64,000 bases of DNA from Thermodesulfobacteriota bacterium. Lineage in GTDB: Bacteria > Desulfobacterota > Desulfobulbia > Desulfobulbales > SURF-16. Below, piece by piece: positions 1-11,676 of this stretch. The stretch covers positions 23,428-87,427 of the forward strand of contig JBFMAY010000014.1 in assembly GCA_040755455.1 (NCBI GenBank), read 5' to 3'. Under the pieces are notes generated by a model. The model made no database searches, was not told the DNA's origin, and worked only from the letters and a program-made list of their open reading frames with translations. Each line of letters opens with the position of its first letter. The first letter of the stretch is position 1. The position numbers were made by a program, and so were the translations under genes.

Positions 1-255
1 CTCCTGCGGGTCGAGGCCTGCATCAGGCAGAGCGTGCGCCTGGCCCTGGCCGATGCCGGTCCGAGCCGGGCCTATATTAAACGTTATGCCCAGGAGCTTG
101 ATGATCAGGTTATTGCCGGCCACATCGGGCTCTATGTGAATAATTTTTCCGAGGAGCTCGGGGAACAGGGGATCGCCGCGGTCAATGAATTCCTGGTCCG
201 GGGCCGCGCCGCGGCCATTCTGCCCTCCTCGCCACGGAATGTCGTGGTTTGTTGA
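1..255 (+). CDS. mqnD: 1,4-dihydroxy-6-naphthoate synthase (menaquinone futalosine pathway), 3' part only
   Basis: Frame 1 is open from base 1: ...IRQSVRLA...YIKRYAQELDDQVIAGHIGLYVNNFS matches the MqnD C-terminus (AQE...HIxLYVN). Truncated by the window edge. Confidence 0.8.
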   Translation, partial: LLRVEACIRQSVRLALADAGPSRAYIKRYAQELDDQVIAGHIGLYVNNFSEELGEQGIAAVNEFLVRGRAAAILPSSPRNVVVC

Positions 256-496
256 AAAGCGGATTGCCGTTTCGCGTCCGTAATTCGTGATAATTATTCC
301 TGTAAATATTGAAGCCGCGATTGATTTCGGTTATAGATGTATTGATGCTTGACAATTTATAGTCAGTGGCTATATTGGGACCCTGCCTAACTTGTCGGAA
401 ATCAACCATATGTCGGTCCCCGAGTGTTGTTGTCAGCAGTGAGTTTGCTGGACTTTTTTTCACAATCATTCAATTACTACAGAGCAGGAAAATTTT

Positions 497-2197
497 ATGA
501 AAATCACAGGCTCACAGGCGTTGTTGAAATGTCTGGAAGAACAGAAGGTGGATACGATCTTCGGTTTTCCCGGAGGCGCGGTCATCGATTTGTACGATGC
601 GATACTTGCTTCAGACAAGCTTACGCATGTACTTGTCCGCCATGAGCAGGCAGCGGTTCACGCCGCCGATGCCTATGCGCGGGTCACCGGTGACGTGGGT
701 GTTGCCCTGGTAACCTCGGGGCCTGGCGCCACCAACACGGTTACGGGAATCGCCTCGGCCTACATGGATTCGATCCCCATCGTTGTTTTCACCGGCCAGG
801 TACCCACCGGCCTCATCGGCAATGACGCCTTCCAGGAAGTGGATATTGTCGGCATCACCCGGCCGTGCACCAAGCATAATTACCTGGTCAAGGATATCAA
901 TGATCTGGTGCCCACCATCCGGGAGGCCTTCCATATCGCCAGGTCTGGCCGGCCGGGGCCGGTCTTGATCGACCTGCCCAAGGACGTCATGGCCTCAAAG
1001 ATTGTTTTTCCGGAGCCGCAGCAGGTCAAGATGCGGACCTACCGGCCGACCTATGAGCCGCATCCAGGCCAGATCGAAAAGGCCTGCCGGGCCATTCTCA
1101 AGGCCAGAAAGCCGGTTATTTACGCCGGTGGCGGCGTCATCCTGTCCAATGCCCATGAGGAGCTGACCCAACTGGCCAGAAACGCCGATATCCCCGTCAC
1201 CATGACCCTGATGGGTCTCGGCGGCTTCCCCGGCACCGATCCTCTGTCCATGGGCATGCTCGGCATGCATGGCACCTATTACGCCAACATGGCGGTGGCC
1301 AACTGTGATCTGCTCATTGCCGTCGGCGCCCGGTTTGACGACAGGGTCACCGGCAGGGTTGACGCCTTTGCCCCCCATGCCAAGATCATCCATATTGATA
1401 TCGACCCGACTTCCATCAGCAAGAACGTCAAGGTTCATATCCCGATTGTCGCCGACTGCAAGCATGCCCTGACCGCCATGAATACCTGGTTTGCCCGCAG
1501 CGAGGAGTTCAACGCCGGGACCGAGAAGGAAAATCACGCGGCCTGGCTGCGGCAGATCAATGAGTGGCGGACGGCGCATCCCCTCGGTTATATCGAAAAG
1601 CCGGATGTGATCAAGCCCCAGTTTGTCGTGCAGAAACTGCATGAACTGACCCAGGGTGATGCCATCATCACCACCGAGGTCGGCCAGAACCAGATGTGGG
1701 CCGCCCAGTTTTATCATTTCAACCATCCCCGGGCCTTCATGACCTCCGGCGGCCTGGGGGTCATGGGCTATGGGTTCCCTGCGGCCATAGGCGCCCAGAT
1801 GGCGGCTCCTGACCGGATAGTCATCGATATAGCCGGCGACGGCAGCATCCAGATGAATATTCAGGAGATGGCGACAGCCATGCAGTATAAGCTGCCGATA
1901 AAAATTGCCATCTTAAACAACGGGTTCCTCGGCATGGTCCGTCAGTGGCAGGAGCTTTTTTATGACAAAAAGTATTCCGCCACGACGCTTGACGTGGCGC
2001 CGGATTTCGTGGCCCTGGCCCGAGCTTATGGGGCGGTAGGCCTGCGGGCGACAAAGCCCAGCGAGGTTGAGCCGGTTATCAAGGAGGCCCTGGCGACAAA
2101 AAATCTGGTGGTGATGGATTTTGTCATAGACAGGGAAGAGGGAGTTTATCCGATGGTTCCCGCCGGAAAAGCGACAACAGAAATGCTTCTGGTTTAA
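497..2197 (+). CDS. ilvB: acetolactate synthase large subunit
   Basis: [19 protein letters not shown] and the TPP-binding GDGS...LNN motif; 566 aa. Confidence 0.97.
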   Translation: MKITGSQALLKCLEEQKVDTIFGFPGGAVIDLYDAILASDKLTHVLVRHEQAAVHAADAYARVTGDVGVALVTSGPGATNTVTGIASAYMDSIPIVVFTGQVPTGLIGNDAFQEVDIVGITRPCTKHNYLVKDINDLVPTIREAFHIARSGRPGPVLIDLPKDVMASKIVFPEPQQVKMRTYRPTYEPHPGQIEKACRAILKARKPVIYAGGGVILSNAHEELTQLARNADIPVTMTLMGLGGFPGTDPLSMGMLGMHGTYYANMAVANCDLLIAVGARFDDRVTGRVDAFAPHAKIIHIDIDPTSISKNVKVHIPIVADCKHALTAMNTWFARSEEFNAGTEKENHAAWLRQINEWRTAHPLGYIEKPDVIKPQFVVQKLHELTQGDAIITTEVGQNQMWAAQFYHFNHPRAFMTSGGLGVMGYGFPAAIGAQMAAPDRIVIDIAGDGSIQMNIQEMATAMQYKLPIKIAILNNGFLGMVRQWQELFYDKKYSATTLDVAPDFVALARAYGAVGLRATKPSEVEPVIKEALATKNLVVMDFVIDREEGVYPMVPAGKATTEMLLV

Positions 2198-2231
2198 GGC
2201 CGGAAATAGATAAGAAAAGCAGGGTATCCTT

Positions 2232-2717
2232 ATGAAACATACCGTATCCGTACTATTGCAAAATAAACCCGGAGTACTGTCCCGGGTCACTGGCCTGTTC
2301 AGCGGCCGGGGTTTTAACATTGAAAGCCTGTCCGTTGCTCCGACCCTGGAGACGGATGTCTCCTGTCTGACCCTGGTGACCGTGGGCGACAACGCCATTG
2401 TTGAGCAGATCACCAAGCAGCTGCATAAGCTCATTGATGTCATCAAGGTCACGGATATCAGTGAATTCGAATTTGTCGAACGGGAAATGGCGCTCATCCG
2501 GGTAAAGGCCGAGCCGTCAACCAGGGCGGAAATACTGAGAATCTGCGATATTTTCAGAGGCAGGGTGGTGGATGTCAGCGCCAAAAGCTACGCCCTTGAG
2601 GTGACCGGCACCTGTGACAAGGTGCAGGCGATGATTGACATTCTCCGGCCCATCGGCATTCAGGAGATCGTGCGGACCGGCACCATTGCCATGACCCGCG
2701 CCAGCAAAAAGTATTAA
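2232..2717 (+). CDS. ilvN: acetolactate synthase small regulatory subunit
   Basis: ACT domain NKPGVLSRVTGLFSGRGFNIESLSV; directly follows ilvB. Confidence 0.96.
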   Translation: MKHTVSVLLQNKPGVLSRVTGLFSGRGFNIESLSVAPTLETDVSCLTLVTVGDNAIVEQITKQLHKLIDVIKVTDISEFEFVEREMALIRVKAEPSTRAEILRICDIFRGRVVDVSAKSYALEVTGTCDKVQAMIDILRPIGIQEIVRTGTIAMTRASKKY

Positions 2718-2864
2718 AAGTATTCAGAGCTTGATCGCCCGTCCGGTGGAGGGGCAAAACGGTAGCACTATTTCATGGCAATAAACCGGTATCCGGCAGG
2801 ATACCGGTTTATTGCGTCTCAGGAGAGTCTCCTGTTCTCTTGCGGGTCAGGCGGGTTTTTACAG

Positions 2865-3509
2865 ATGAAAGAACAGCATATACCGGTGGCCAGGGAGGGT
2901 TATCCCTTTGTTGGTTTCGCCGCCTTCGCGACCATAATCTTTGCCTTGCTCGGTTATGATATCATCGCCTTCTGGGCCATGCTGCTTACCGGCTTTGTCC
3001 TGTATTTCTTCAGGGACCCGAGCCGGATTATCCCGGCCGCGCCGGACGCCCTGGTTTCCCCGGCTGACGGCAAAGTGATCCTGGTGGAAAAGGTTTTTGA
3101 TGACCGGTTCGTCAATGAGCAGGTTTACAAGGTTAGTATCTTCATGAACGTCTTTAATGTTCATGTGAACAGAGTCCCCTTCTCCGGCACGGTTAACGCC
3201 ATCACCTATTCGCCCGGCCGCTTTTATTCGGCCGACACGGAACGAGGCGCCCTGGAAAACGAATTCTGCGCAGTCACCATGGCCACCGAGGCGGGGCAGC
3301 GCTTTGCCGTTGTCCAGGTGGCCGGACTCATTGCCCGCAGGATTGTCTGCTGGGCGGAGCAGGGTGATGCGCTCAGCCGGGGCCAGCGTTTCGGGCTTAT
3401 CCGTTTCGGTTCCCGGGTGGACCTCTATCTGCCATTAGAAACCCAGCTTGAGATAACAACCGGTCAGAAAGTGAAGGCCGGCGAGACGGTGCTCGGGTAT
3501 CTCCCCTGA
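2865..3509 (+). CDS. psd: phosphatidylserine decarboxylase proenzyme
   Basis: FFRDP, SPADG, IFMNVFNVHVNR and the FGLIRFGSRVD self-cleavage motif. Start placed at ATG 2865 (ORF is open from 2775). Confidence 0.93.
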   Translation: MKEQHIPVAREGYPFVGFAAFATIIFALLGYDIIAFWAMLLTGFVLYFFRDPSRIIPAAPDALVSPADGKVILVEKVFDDRFVNEQVYKVSIFMNVFNVHVNRVPFSGTVNAITYSPGRFYSADTERGALENEFCAVTMATEAGQRFAVVQVAGLIARRIVCWAEQGDALSRGQRFGLIRFGSRVDLYLPLETQLEITTGQKVKAGETVLGYLP

Positions 3510-3733
3510 TATTTTCTTTGGAATTATAGTGCATTGCCTTTTATTTGATTTATTATAATATGAAATATTATCGTTTCCCCGCCGTCTGTCGGCAGGCGCA
3601 GCGCCCGGCCCCGTTGCAGGGCATGGGGGAGCAAATGTTTGTCAGCCATGGAAAAACCGTAAGCGAAGGCAAATCACCTGTGTAAAGCCGGCACCCTGCC
3701 CAGAGAGCGGGCCGCTCACTAGAGGATAACATT

Positions 3734-5284
3734 ATGACCGACGGTAACGTTGCCACAGACAAAGAGAAGGTTTTCATATTTGACACCACCCTGCGGGATG
3801 GCGAGCAGTCTCCCGGGGCGAGTATGAACATGCAGGAGAAGTTCCGCCTGGCCCAGCAACTGGTTAAATTGCAGGTTGATGTGATTGAGGCCGGGTTTCC
3901 CATCGCCTCGGTGGGCGACTTTGACTGTGTCAAAAATATCGCCGACAATATCAGGGGCGTGCAGGTGGCCGGACTGGCGCGGGCCAACCAGAAGGATATC
4001 GACCGGGCCTGGGAGGCCCTGAAAAAAGGGGAGAACCCGCGCATCCACACCTTTCTCGCCACCTCGGACATCCATCTCAAACATAAACTGCGCATGAGCC
4101 GCGAGCAGATGCTGGAACTGGCGGTGGCCTCGGTGAAGCATGCGGCGAAATACACCGCCAACGTGGAGTTTTCCGCGGAAGACGCCTCCCGCAGCGATCT
4201 GGATTTCGTCTGCCGGGTATTTGAGGCGGTGATTGCCGCCGGCGCCACCACGGTGAACTTTCCCGATACCACCGGCTATGCCCTGCCTGATGAATTCGGC
4301 GCTAAGATCGCCTATCTCATGAAAAATACGGCCAATATCAACAAGGCCGTGCTGAGCGTGCACTGCCATAATGACCTCGGCCTGGCCGTGGCCAATTCCC
4401 TGGCGGCCATCAAGGCCGGGGCCCGCCAGGTGGAGGCGACCATCAACGGTATCGGCGAGCGGGCAGGCAACACGGCCATGGAAGAGGTGGTCATGGCGCT
4501 GCGCACCAGGGCAGATCAGGTCAATGTGCGCACCGATATCGTCACGGAATTCATTCATGCCTCCAGCCGCATGGTCAGTTCAATCACCGGCATCATGGTG
4601 CAGCCCAACAAGGCCATAGTCGGCGCCAATGCCTTTGCCCATGAGTCAGGCATCCATCAGGACGGGATTCTCAAGGAAAGGACCACTTACGAGATCATGA
4701 ATCCCTGCGATATCGGTCTCACCGCCGGCAACCTGGTGCTGGGCAAACACTCAGGCCGTCATGCCCTGAAGGAACGGGTCAAGTCCCTGGGCTACGATAA
4801 TCTGACCGATGATGAGCTCAATCGTGTCTTCCACCGTTTCAAGGGGCTGGCGGATGTCAAAAAGGAGATGTTCGACGAGGATCTGGAGGCCATTCTGCTG
4901 GACGAGATCGTCCGCATTCCGGAAACCTATCAGCTGCTCTCGCTTGGGGCCATGAGCGGCAATAAGACCATGCCCACCTCGGCGGTGAAGCTGCTGGTGG
5001 AGGGCAAAGAGGTGCAGGATGCGGGCCTGGGCGTCGGTCCCATTGACAGCGCCTTCCGCACCATTGCAAAACTCACCGGCACCACCAGCAAGCTGCTCTA
5101 TTTCGCTGTCAGCTCCATCACCGGCGGCACCGATGCCCAGGGCGAGGTGATGGTCCGGGTTGAGGATGAGGGAAAGATCGTTATTGGTCAGGGTGCTGAT
5201 CCGGATATTATCACCGCATCGGCCAAGGCTTACTTGAACGCCCTGAACCGTTTGGTATATTTAAAAAAAGAAAGGAATAAGTGA
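3734..5284 (+). CDS. leuA: 2-isopropylmalate synthase
   Basis: [37 protein letters not shown] and a C-terminal regulatory domain. Confidence 0.96.
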   Translation: MTDGNVATDKEKVFIFDTTLRDGEQSPGASMNMQEKFRLAQQLVKLQVDVIEAGFPIASVGDFDCVKNIADNIRGVQVAGLARANQKDIDRAWEALKKGENPRIHTFLATSDIHLKHKLRMSREQMLELAVASVKHAAKYTANVEFSAEDASRSDLDFVCRVFEAVIAAGATTVNFPDTTGYALPDEFGAKIAYLMKNTANINKAVLSVHCHNDLGLAVANSLAAIKAGARQVEATINGIGERAGNTAMEEVVMALRTRADQVNVRTDIVTEFIHASSRMVSSITGIMVQPNKAIVGANAFAHESGIHQDGILKERTTYEIMNPCDIGLTAGNLVLGKHSGRHALKERVKSLGYDNLTDDELNRVFHRFKGLADVKKEMFDEDLEAILLDEIVRIPETYQLLSLGAMSGNKTMPTSAVKLLVEGKEVQDAGLGVGPIDSAFRTIAKLTGTTSKLLYFAVSSITGGTDAQGEVMVRVEDEGKIVIGQGADPDIITASAKAYLNALNRLVYLKKERNK

Positions 5285-5294
5285 AGGTTGAAAC

Positions 5295-6323
<1,029 letters not shown>

Positions 6324-6332
6324 AAGGGGAGC

Positions 6333-6365
6333 AAGCTGATAAGTTGCTGAGCTGCCTAAGCTGTT
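6333..6365. repeat. short degenerate octamer tandem repeat (RAGYTGHT-like, about 4 units)
   Basis: aagctgat aagttgct gagctgcct aagctgtt, just after the asd stop; same unit family as 63787-63842. Confidence 0.55.
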
Positions 6366-6455
6366 AAGAAAAAGAAAACGGCGCCCACGGCGTGCAGCGG
6401 CAGCGGACCGAGAGGGGGATGAAGGTCCCGGTCGGCAAAAACCAGACAATACAGG

Positions 6456-7046
6456 ATGCGCATTATCGCCGGAACGGCCAGGGGCCGCAGACTTGCTTCA
6501 CCCGGCAGTGGTACGCTTGCCATCCGGCCGACCTCGGACCGGGCCAGGGAGGCGGTTTTCAATATCCTGGCGGACGAGGTCGCCGGGGCCAGGGTGCTTG
6601 ATCTCTTTGCCGGGACGGGCGCCCTGGGTCTGGAGGCATTGAGCCGGGGGGCTGCATCGGCGGTCTTTGTGGACAAAGGTCGGTCAGCCGTCGGCTTGAT
6701 CGGCAAAAATATCCAATTGTGCGGCTTTTGGGAAAAATCCGTTGTGTTGCAAAGGGATTTGACCAGAAGCCTTTCCTTTTTGCAGTCCTATGCTGCCTCT
6801 GGAGGATTTTCCCTGGTTTTTATCGATCCTCCTTATAAAACGCTGCTTGCGGAAACGATCATCCTGGAACTTGGCAAAGGGGAGATTGTCCGTCCCGGCG
6901 GCCTGCTGGTGGCGGAATCGAGCTCCGGCGGACATCTGCCGGCGGAGATCTCCCCGTTCTCCCTGAAGGACCAGCGGGTATATGGCGAGGCCGGTTTCTG
7001 GTTCTACAGGAAAAAGGACAGGGAAAAAGAGAGGGACATCTTGTGA
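6456..7046 (+). CDS. rsmD: 16S rRNA m2G966 methyltransferase
   Basis: MRIIAG..RGRRL, RPTSDRARE, LDLFAGTGALGLEALSRGA, DPPY; adjacent to coaD. Confidence 0.95.
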   Translation: MRIIAGTARGRRLASPGSGTLAIRPTSDRAREAVFNILADEVAGARVLDLFAGTGALGLEALSRGAASAVFVDKGRSAVGLIGKNIQLCGFWEKSVVLQRDLTRSLSFLQSYAASGGFSLVFIDPPYKTLLAETIILELGKGEIVRPGGLLVAESSSGGHLPAEISPFSLKDQRVYGEAGFWFYRKKDREKERDIL

Positions 7047-7567
7047 GTGATTACCAGCCGTTTATCGCGCCCGACGTGACAGAGCGCATAGCCGTTTATC
7101 CCGGCACCTTTGATCCGATCACCATGGGGCATCTTGATATCATCCAGCGTGCCCTGCATCTGTTTGACAAGGTGGTCATTGCCGTTGCCGAAAATGTGGC
7201 GAAAAAGACCCTGTTTCCGCTGGATGCGAGGCTGGCGATGATACGCGACTGTTTTCCGCCCGATGAGCAGCGGGTTGAGGTGGCGGCGGTGAAAGGCCTG
7301 CTGGTTGATTACGCCTACACCAAAGGGGCCAGGGCCATTGTCCGCGGTCTGCGGGCCGTTTCCGATTTCGACTATGAGTTTCAGCTGGCCCTGATGAACC
7401 GCCGTATCGAGCGCGAGGTGGAAACGGTTTTTCTCATGACGGGATTCCGCTGGATCTATATCAGTTCCAGCATCATTAAAGAGGCGGCCCGGCATGGCGG
7501 GGATGTCAGCGGCCTGGTGCCGGACCATGTCTGTGAAAAGCTGCGCCAGTGTTTTCTGGTAAAATGA
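7043..7567 (+). CDS. coaD: pantetheine-phosphate adenylyltransferase
   Basis: YPGTFDPITMGH, RGLRAVSDFDYE, ISSSIIKE. Confidence 0.97.
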   Translation: MSDYQPFIAPDVTERIAVYPGTFDPITMGHLDIIQRALHLFDKVVIAVAENVAKKTLFPLDARLAMIRDCFPPDEQRVEVAAVKGLLVDYAYTKGARAIVRGLRAVSDFDYEFQLALMNRRIEREVETVFLMTGFRWIYISSSIIKEAARHGGDVSGLVPDHVCEKLRQCFLVK

Positions 7568-7804
7568 TGAAGACAACTTGCTGAGTTGTTATAGCGCATG
7601 CAAATAAGTTGGGTTATCCGTTTTTTTATGAAGTTTCTTTTTCTAAAGAAACCGGAATTCAGTGGTTGGGAAACAAGAAGTAAGGTGAAAAAAATAAGTT
7701 ATTCCGGCTTCCTCCTTCCGCCTTCCTCCTCTGTGGCGTCCACAGTCGGCCGCCGACCCGTGCCGGCAGCAGTTGTCCGTGTCGTCAAGGCCAGGGGTTA
7801 GCGC

Positions 7805-8215
7805 ATGGCAGAGCAGCGCAGGACTTTTCTGCTCAATGGCTGGGACTGGATTCGGCTTGCCGCCACCGCCGCACTCTGTTATCCTCTGTTGCGTTTCGTC
7901 AAATTCAAGGTGCCGAAGAAGCCGCGCCTGGTCAAGGTGGAAAAATTGATGAAGATCGGGGATGTGCATCTTGACCAGGAATTCGTCCTTTTTCATGATG
8001 CATCCGATACCTGGGCGGTTTCCCGTATCTGCACCCACCTCGGCTGCCGGCTTCATTTCAGTGAAAAGGAACATCTGCTCATCTGTCCGTGCCACCAGAG
8101 CATGTTCACCCCCAGAGGGGTGAGGATTTCCGGACCGGCGAAAAGGAATCTGCCGCTTTTTGCCGTGGAGAAGATGAGTGGTGAAAATGTCAAGGGTTAT
8201 ATCGTCTCCCTGTAG
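7805..8215 (+). CDS. Rieske [2Fe-2S] protein with Tat-like N-terminus
   Basis: CTHLGC ... CPCHQS Rieske boxes, GPA motif, N-terminal RRTFL followed by a hydrophobic stretch. Confidence 0.9.
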   Translation: MAEQRRTFLLNGWDWIRLAATAALCYPLLRFVKFKVPKKPRLVKVEKLMKIGDVHLDQEFVLFHDASDTWAVSRICTHLGCRLHFSEKEHLLICPCHQSMFTPRGVRISGPAKRNLPLFAVEKMSGENVKGYIVSL

Positions 8216-8230
8216 GGCCGGACTCTGACT

Positions 8231-9061
8231 ATGAAGCGTTTTCTGCTGGAAACAAAATGGGGCGCCATGAGCCTCGTCGCCCTCTATGTCTCGATTTTGT
8301 CAGGCGTCGTCCTTGCCCTGCAGTATGACGAAGCCCACCCGTTCTACTCCGCCACCTCCCTTGATCTGCTCATTCCCTTCGGTATTTTCTGGCGCTCCCT
8401 GCATTTTTATTCAAGCCAGATTTTTTTCCTGCTCTCCGCCGTCCATCTTGTCGCCGTCCTTTATGGCCCGTCCGACCGTCTTTCCCTGCAGAAATGGATC
8501 TGGCTCATTGCCAGCATGCCGGTGGGGCTGCTGCTGCTGTTCACCGGTTATGTGCTGCGGGGTGACGCCACCGGTGAGTCCGCCGGGCTGATTGCGGAAA
8601 ATATCTGTCTGTCCATTCCGGTCATCGGCAGCATGCTCAATTCGCTGCTGTTTGCCATTACCGAGGAGGGGATGAAACGGGTCTATGCCAACCATATCAT
8701 CGGGCTGGTAGTCCTGTGGCTCGTTTTCGCCTGGGATCATCTGCGCCGCTATCGGGTGGCCGTTGAGGAGCACGGATGGTTTGTGCTGGGGATTTTCGCT
8801 TTTTCCCTCATCTTTCAGGCGCCGATGGAACCCATGCAAATGGGGGTGTTTCATATCTCCGGTCCCTGGTTTTTTCTCGGCCTGCAGGAACTGCTCCGTT
8901 ATCTGCAGCCGTTTGTGGCCGGCGTCATGGTTCCGCTGCTGTTTCTGGTCTCCCTGGCCTTTCTGCAGACCAACCGGCAGTGGGGCAGGAGGGCCCGGTT
9001 GTTTGCCGGCGGCTGGTTGATCCTCTATGGCGGCATCACCCTTGTCGCCCTGGGCAGATGA
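8231..9061 (+). CDS. cytochrome b/b6-family membrane protein
   Basis: Two His pairs (RSLH...VHL; ANH...DHL), FTGYVL and a GPWFFLGLQE (PEWY-like) segment; multiple transmembrane helices; follows the Rieske gene. Confidence 0.85.
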   Translation: MKRFLLETKWGAMSLVALYVSILSGVVLALQYDEAHPFYSATSLDLLIPFGIFWRSLHFYSSQIFFLLSAVHLVAVLYGPSDRLSLQKWIWLIASMPVGLLLLFTGYVLRGDATGESAGLIAENICLSIPVIGSMLNSLLFAITEEGMKRVYANHIIGLVVLWLVFAWDHLRRYRVAVEEHGWFVLGIFAFSLIFQAPMEPMQMGVFHISGPWFFLGLQELLRYLQPFVAGVMVPLLFLVSLAFLQTNRQWGRRARLFAGGWLILYGGITLVALGR

Positions 9062-9320
9062 ACCGGCGCGTGCCGCCCGGTAAACTTTCTTTTCCGGGGG
9101 CATGATGCAAATCCCGTGAAAAGCCGATGAGAAAAAAAAGAATATACTTTTACCTGACATTGGCAAATAATAATAATGATTCGGTAAATGAGCTGCCGGG
9201 GCCGGATCGGCCGGCAGTATCCCATAAAATGGTGCCGGCTGCCCGGATGGCGGGGGCGTATTGCCGGTAAAGACGGTGAAGTTATCTGCCGCATCCGGTT
9301 TGTCAGGAGAGGGTGAATAG

Positions 9321-10436
9321 ATGGGAAGCCTTCTTGAAGCACAGTTTAAGATTGTCAGTGCCAAGGATTGCCCTTTATACGCGGAAGGGGAAGAGTTCCG
9401 TCTGTCCGGGGTTGCCCTGCATCCGCCGGCCGGCAAGCCGGCCTGCCTTTTTTTGGCGCGCGAGATCACGGAGATTGTGGTTGAAAGGATGGAGGCTGAT
9501 TCCACCACGCCAGGCCTCGCGGAGAAAAGAGAAAAAAAGGACAAGAAGGAATTCAACTGCAGCGGCTGCAGCGGGCTGATCAAGTTCGCCTACGTTGAGG
9601 AGAGCAAATTTTACACCCCGCAGATGCGCATGCTGGCGGCGGCGGAAAACCGTGAGCAGTCGCGGAAAATGGGTTCTCTTTTCAGTATGATGAACACCTT
9701 TTCCTTTTTTCAGACCCTGGAAGAGGACAGCCTGAAAGATATCTTTTCCTGCCTTACCATGAAGAACTTCGCGGCGGAGGAAATGGTTCTGCACCGCGGC
9801 CATTCCGGCCGCTATCTCTATTTTATCGTTTCCGGCCGGGTGGCGGTGCTTGATGAGAATAACATCACCATCGCCTTTCTCGGCCGGGGTGAAATTTTCG
9901 GCGAGATGAGCCTGTTCAGCGGTCAACCTGTCTGCGCCTCAATCAAGGCCGTCGAGCCGGTAAAAATCCTGACCCTTTCCGGCAAGGATCTGAGCCAGAT
10001 TCTGATCAGGCATCCTTTCCTGCAGATGGCCTTTACCCGCCTGCTGGTGCAGCGCCTGGCCGAGACCAATATCAGTCACGCGGAAAAGATGTCCCTGGCC
10101 TTCACGGGGCAGCTCATGGAGCTGCCGCCCTCCGAGCTTTTCCAGATGCTCAATGAAAATGTCAAGACCGGCATGGTGGAGCTTGATCTCAGCGATGGAC
10201 CTGCCACGGTCATCTTCAGCGAGGGCGAGGTGGTCAGGTCCCGCTATAAGGGGCTGGAGGGAGCAGAGGCCTTTTATGCGATCCTCAAGGCGCAGAAAGG
10301 GCGTTTCAAGTTCTCCTCGTCCATCTCTCTTGAGGAGATGGGGGCGCCGCCGATTGCCAGTTTCATGAAGCTGCTGATGGATGGCTTGCGGAAAATCGAC
10401 GAGGAACACCCCCACGAAGAGGAAGAGGAAACTTGA
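9321..10436 (+). CDS. cyclic-nucleotide-binding domain + DUF4388 (PatA-N-like) protein with Cys-containing N-terminal domain
   Basis: cNMP domain LYFIVSGRV...GEIFGEMSL; C-terminal FTGQLMELPPSELFQML...KTG...GRFKF...LLMDGLRKIDE typical of DUF4388. Confidence 0.8.
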   Translation: MGSLLEAQFKIVSAKDCPLYAEGEEFRLSGVALHPPAGKPACLFLAREITEIVVERMEADSTTPGLAEKREKKDKKEFNCSGCSGLIKFAYVEESKFYTPQMRMLAAAENREQSRKMGSLFSMMNTFSFFQTLEEDSLKDIFSCLTMKNFAAEEMVLHRGHSGRYLYFIVSGRVAVLDENNITIAFLGRGEIFGEMSLFSGQPVCASIKAVEPVKILTLSGKDLSQILIRHPFLQMAFTRLLVQRLAETNISHAEKMSLAFTGQLMELPPSELFQMLNENVKTGMVELDLSDGPATVIFSEGEVVRSRYKGLEGAEAFYAILKAQKGRFKFSSSISLEEMGAPPIASFMKLLMDGLRKIDEEHPHEEEEET

Positions 10437-10467
10437 CATGTGGGGGGGCTTTACCTCCCCTCTGCTG

Positions 10468-10857
10468 TTAATAACCGCCTTTGACCTCGATTTGGCATGG
10501 TTTGACCGCAGCGGATTTGGGCAGATGGAGATAGAGAACCCCCTGCTGGAATTCCGCCGTGGTTTTTTCCGCATCGATTCCTTTGGGCAGGGTGAACACC
10601 CGGCGGTAATCCGTGGAGTCGAATTCCTGTCGCTGGCATGTCCCGGTAAATTTGCCGGTAAAAGTACCCTCTATGGTCAGGATATTGTTTTCCAGGTTGA
10701 TTGACAGATCATCCTTGGCAACACCGGGCAAATCCGCCACCAGCAGTATTTCGTCATCATTGACAAAAATATCCACATCCGGGGTGCTGCTCTTGCCGGG
10801 TTTGAAAACTTCCGCCGCCTGCTGGGCCGGTTTAACCATTTCACGTTCCGTGCTCAT
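10468..10857 (-). CDS. small heat-shock protein (Hsp20/alpha-crystallin)
   Basis: PDVDIF, ADLPGV, YRRVFTLP, AEFQQGVLYLHLPK. Confidence 0.9.
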   Translation of the reverse strand: MSTEREMVKPAQQAAEVFKPGKSSTPDVDIFVNDDEILLVADLPGVAKDDLSINLENNILTIEGTFTGKFTGTCQRQEFDSTDYRRVFTLPKGIDAEKTTAEFQQGVLYLHLPKSAAVKPCQIEVKGGY

Positions 10858-10870
10858 TGCTCACCTCCTG

Positions 10871-11314
10871 TTACGCTGCCTGAACAACAATTTTTTTCGG
10901 TTTTGCGGCCTGGGCCTTGACCAGTGTCACCGTCAGCATGCCGTTTTTTAAACTGGCGGAGGTCTTCTCCGTGTCAATTTCCACCGGCAGAGTGAAGCTG
11001 CGCGAAAAGGGCGCCACGTTGCGTTCCTGCCGCAGGATGGCATAACCTTCCGGCGTGTTCTCTTTCCGTTCACCTTTAATGGTGAGCAGATTGTTGTGGA
11101 GTTTGATATTGATTTCATCTTCGCTTACGCCGGGGAGTTGGCTGTAAACAAGGATATGATCGCCGTCGTCATAGAAATTGGTCGGCGGCCAGACGCCGCC
11201 CTGGGGGAAATTGGCCCGGCCGCTTTCAAAGTCTTCAAAAAGCCTGTTCATCTGGTTTTTGAAGAAATCCATTGTGCCGAAAATTCTGTCAATGTCGTTG
11301 AGTCTTCTGAACAT
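10871..11314 (-). CDS. small heat-shock protein (Hsp20/alpha-crystallin)
   Basis: QLPGV, LTIKGERK, FSRSFTLP, ASLKNGMLTVTL. Start at ATG 11314 behind a GGAGG RBS. Confidence 0.9.
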   Translation of the reverse strand: MFRRLNDIDRIFGTMDFFKNQMNRLFEDFESGRANFPQGGVWPPTNFYDDGDHILVYSQLPGVSEDEINIKLHNNLLTIKGERKENTPEGYAILRQERNVAPFSRSFTLPVEIDTEKTSASLKNGMLTVTLVKAQAAKPKKIVVQAA

Positions 11315-11676
11315 GATTTCTCCTCCCTCTTTCTGGTTAGTGGCTGGAAAATAGCTAAAACCTTTCGTGTGATGTGGCTGCATCAGTGATGATAATGGAG
11401 TGCAATTGGTAATTTTCTTTTTTATATCAATACGTTAAATTTTGTGTTTAAAAGATAATTGCGCTTGCCTTTAAAGTCAAGGCAGCCCCATGACAGGCAT
11501 TGAGGATTTTTTGCGGTTTCACTGCCGCCCTGTTTGGGTGGCAATGTTCTGGGTGGGGAGATCTGCGGCGACAACCGGGATATCGAAATTCGCGGATGAT
11601 CCTCCTGATGGGCCGGGTTGGGGATGGCCGGGAGAAAAACCGGCTATACGGCCGGGTGCGCGGAAAAGCTAAAGGC

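Noticed and set aside
424..645. Leu/Val-rich ORF start (VLLSAVSLL) as an ilv attenuator leader peptide
   Set aside because: It overlaps the hairpin itself, runs 73 codons into ilvB in another frame and lacks an RBS, which does not fit attenuator geometry.
11380..11410. TTGCACTC upstream of the hsp20 pair as a possible CIRCE (HrcA) operator
   Set aside because: Only a partial half-site; the second arm GAGTGCTAA at 9-bp spacing is absent.
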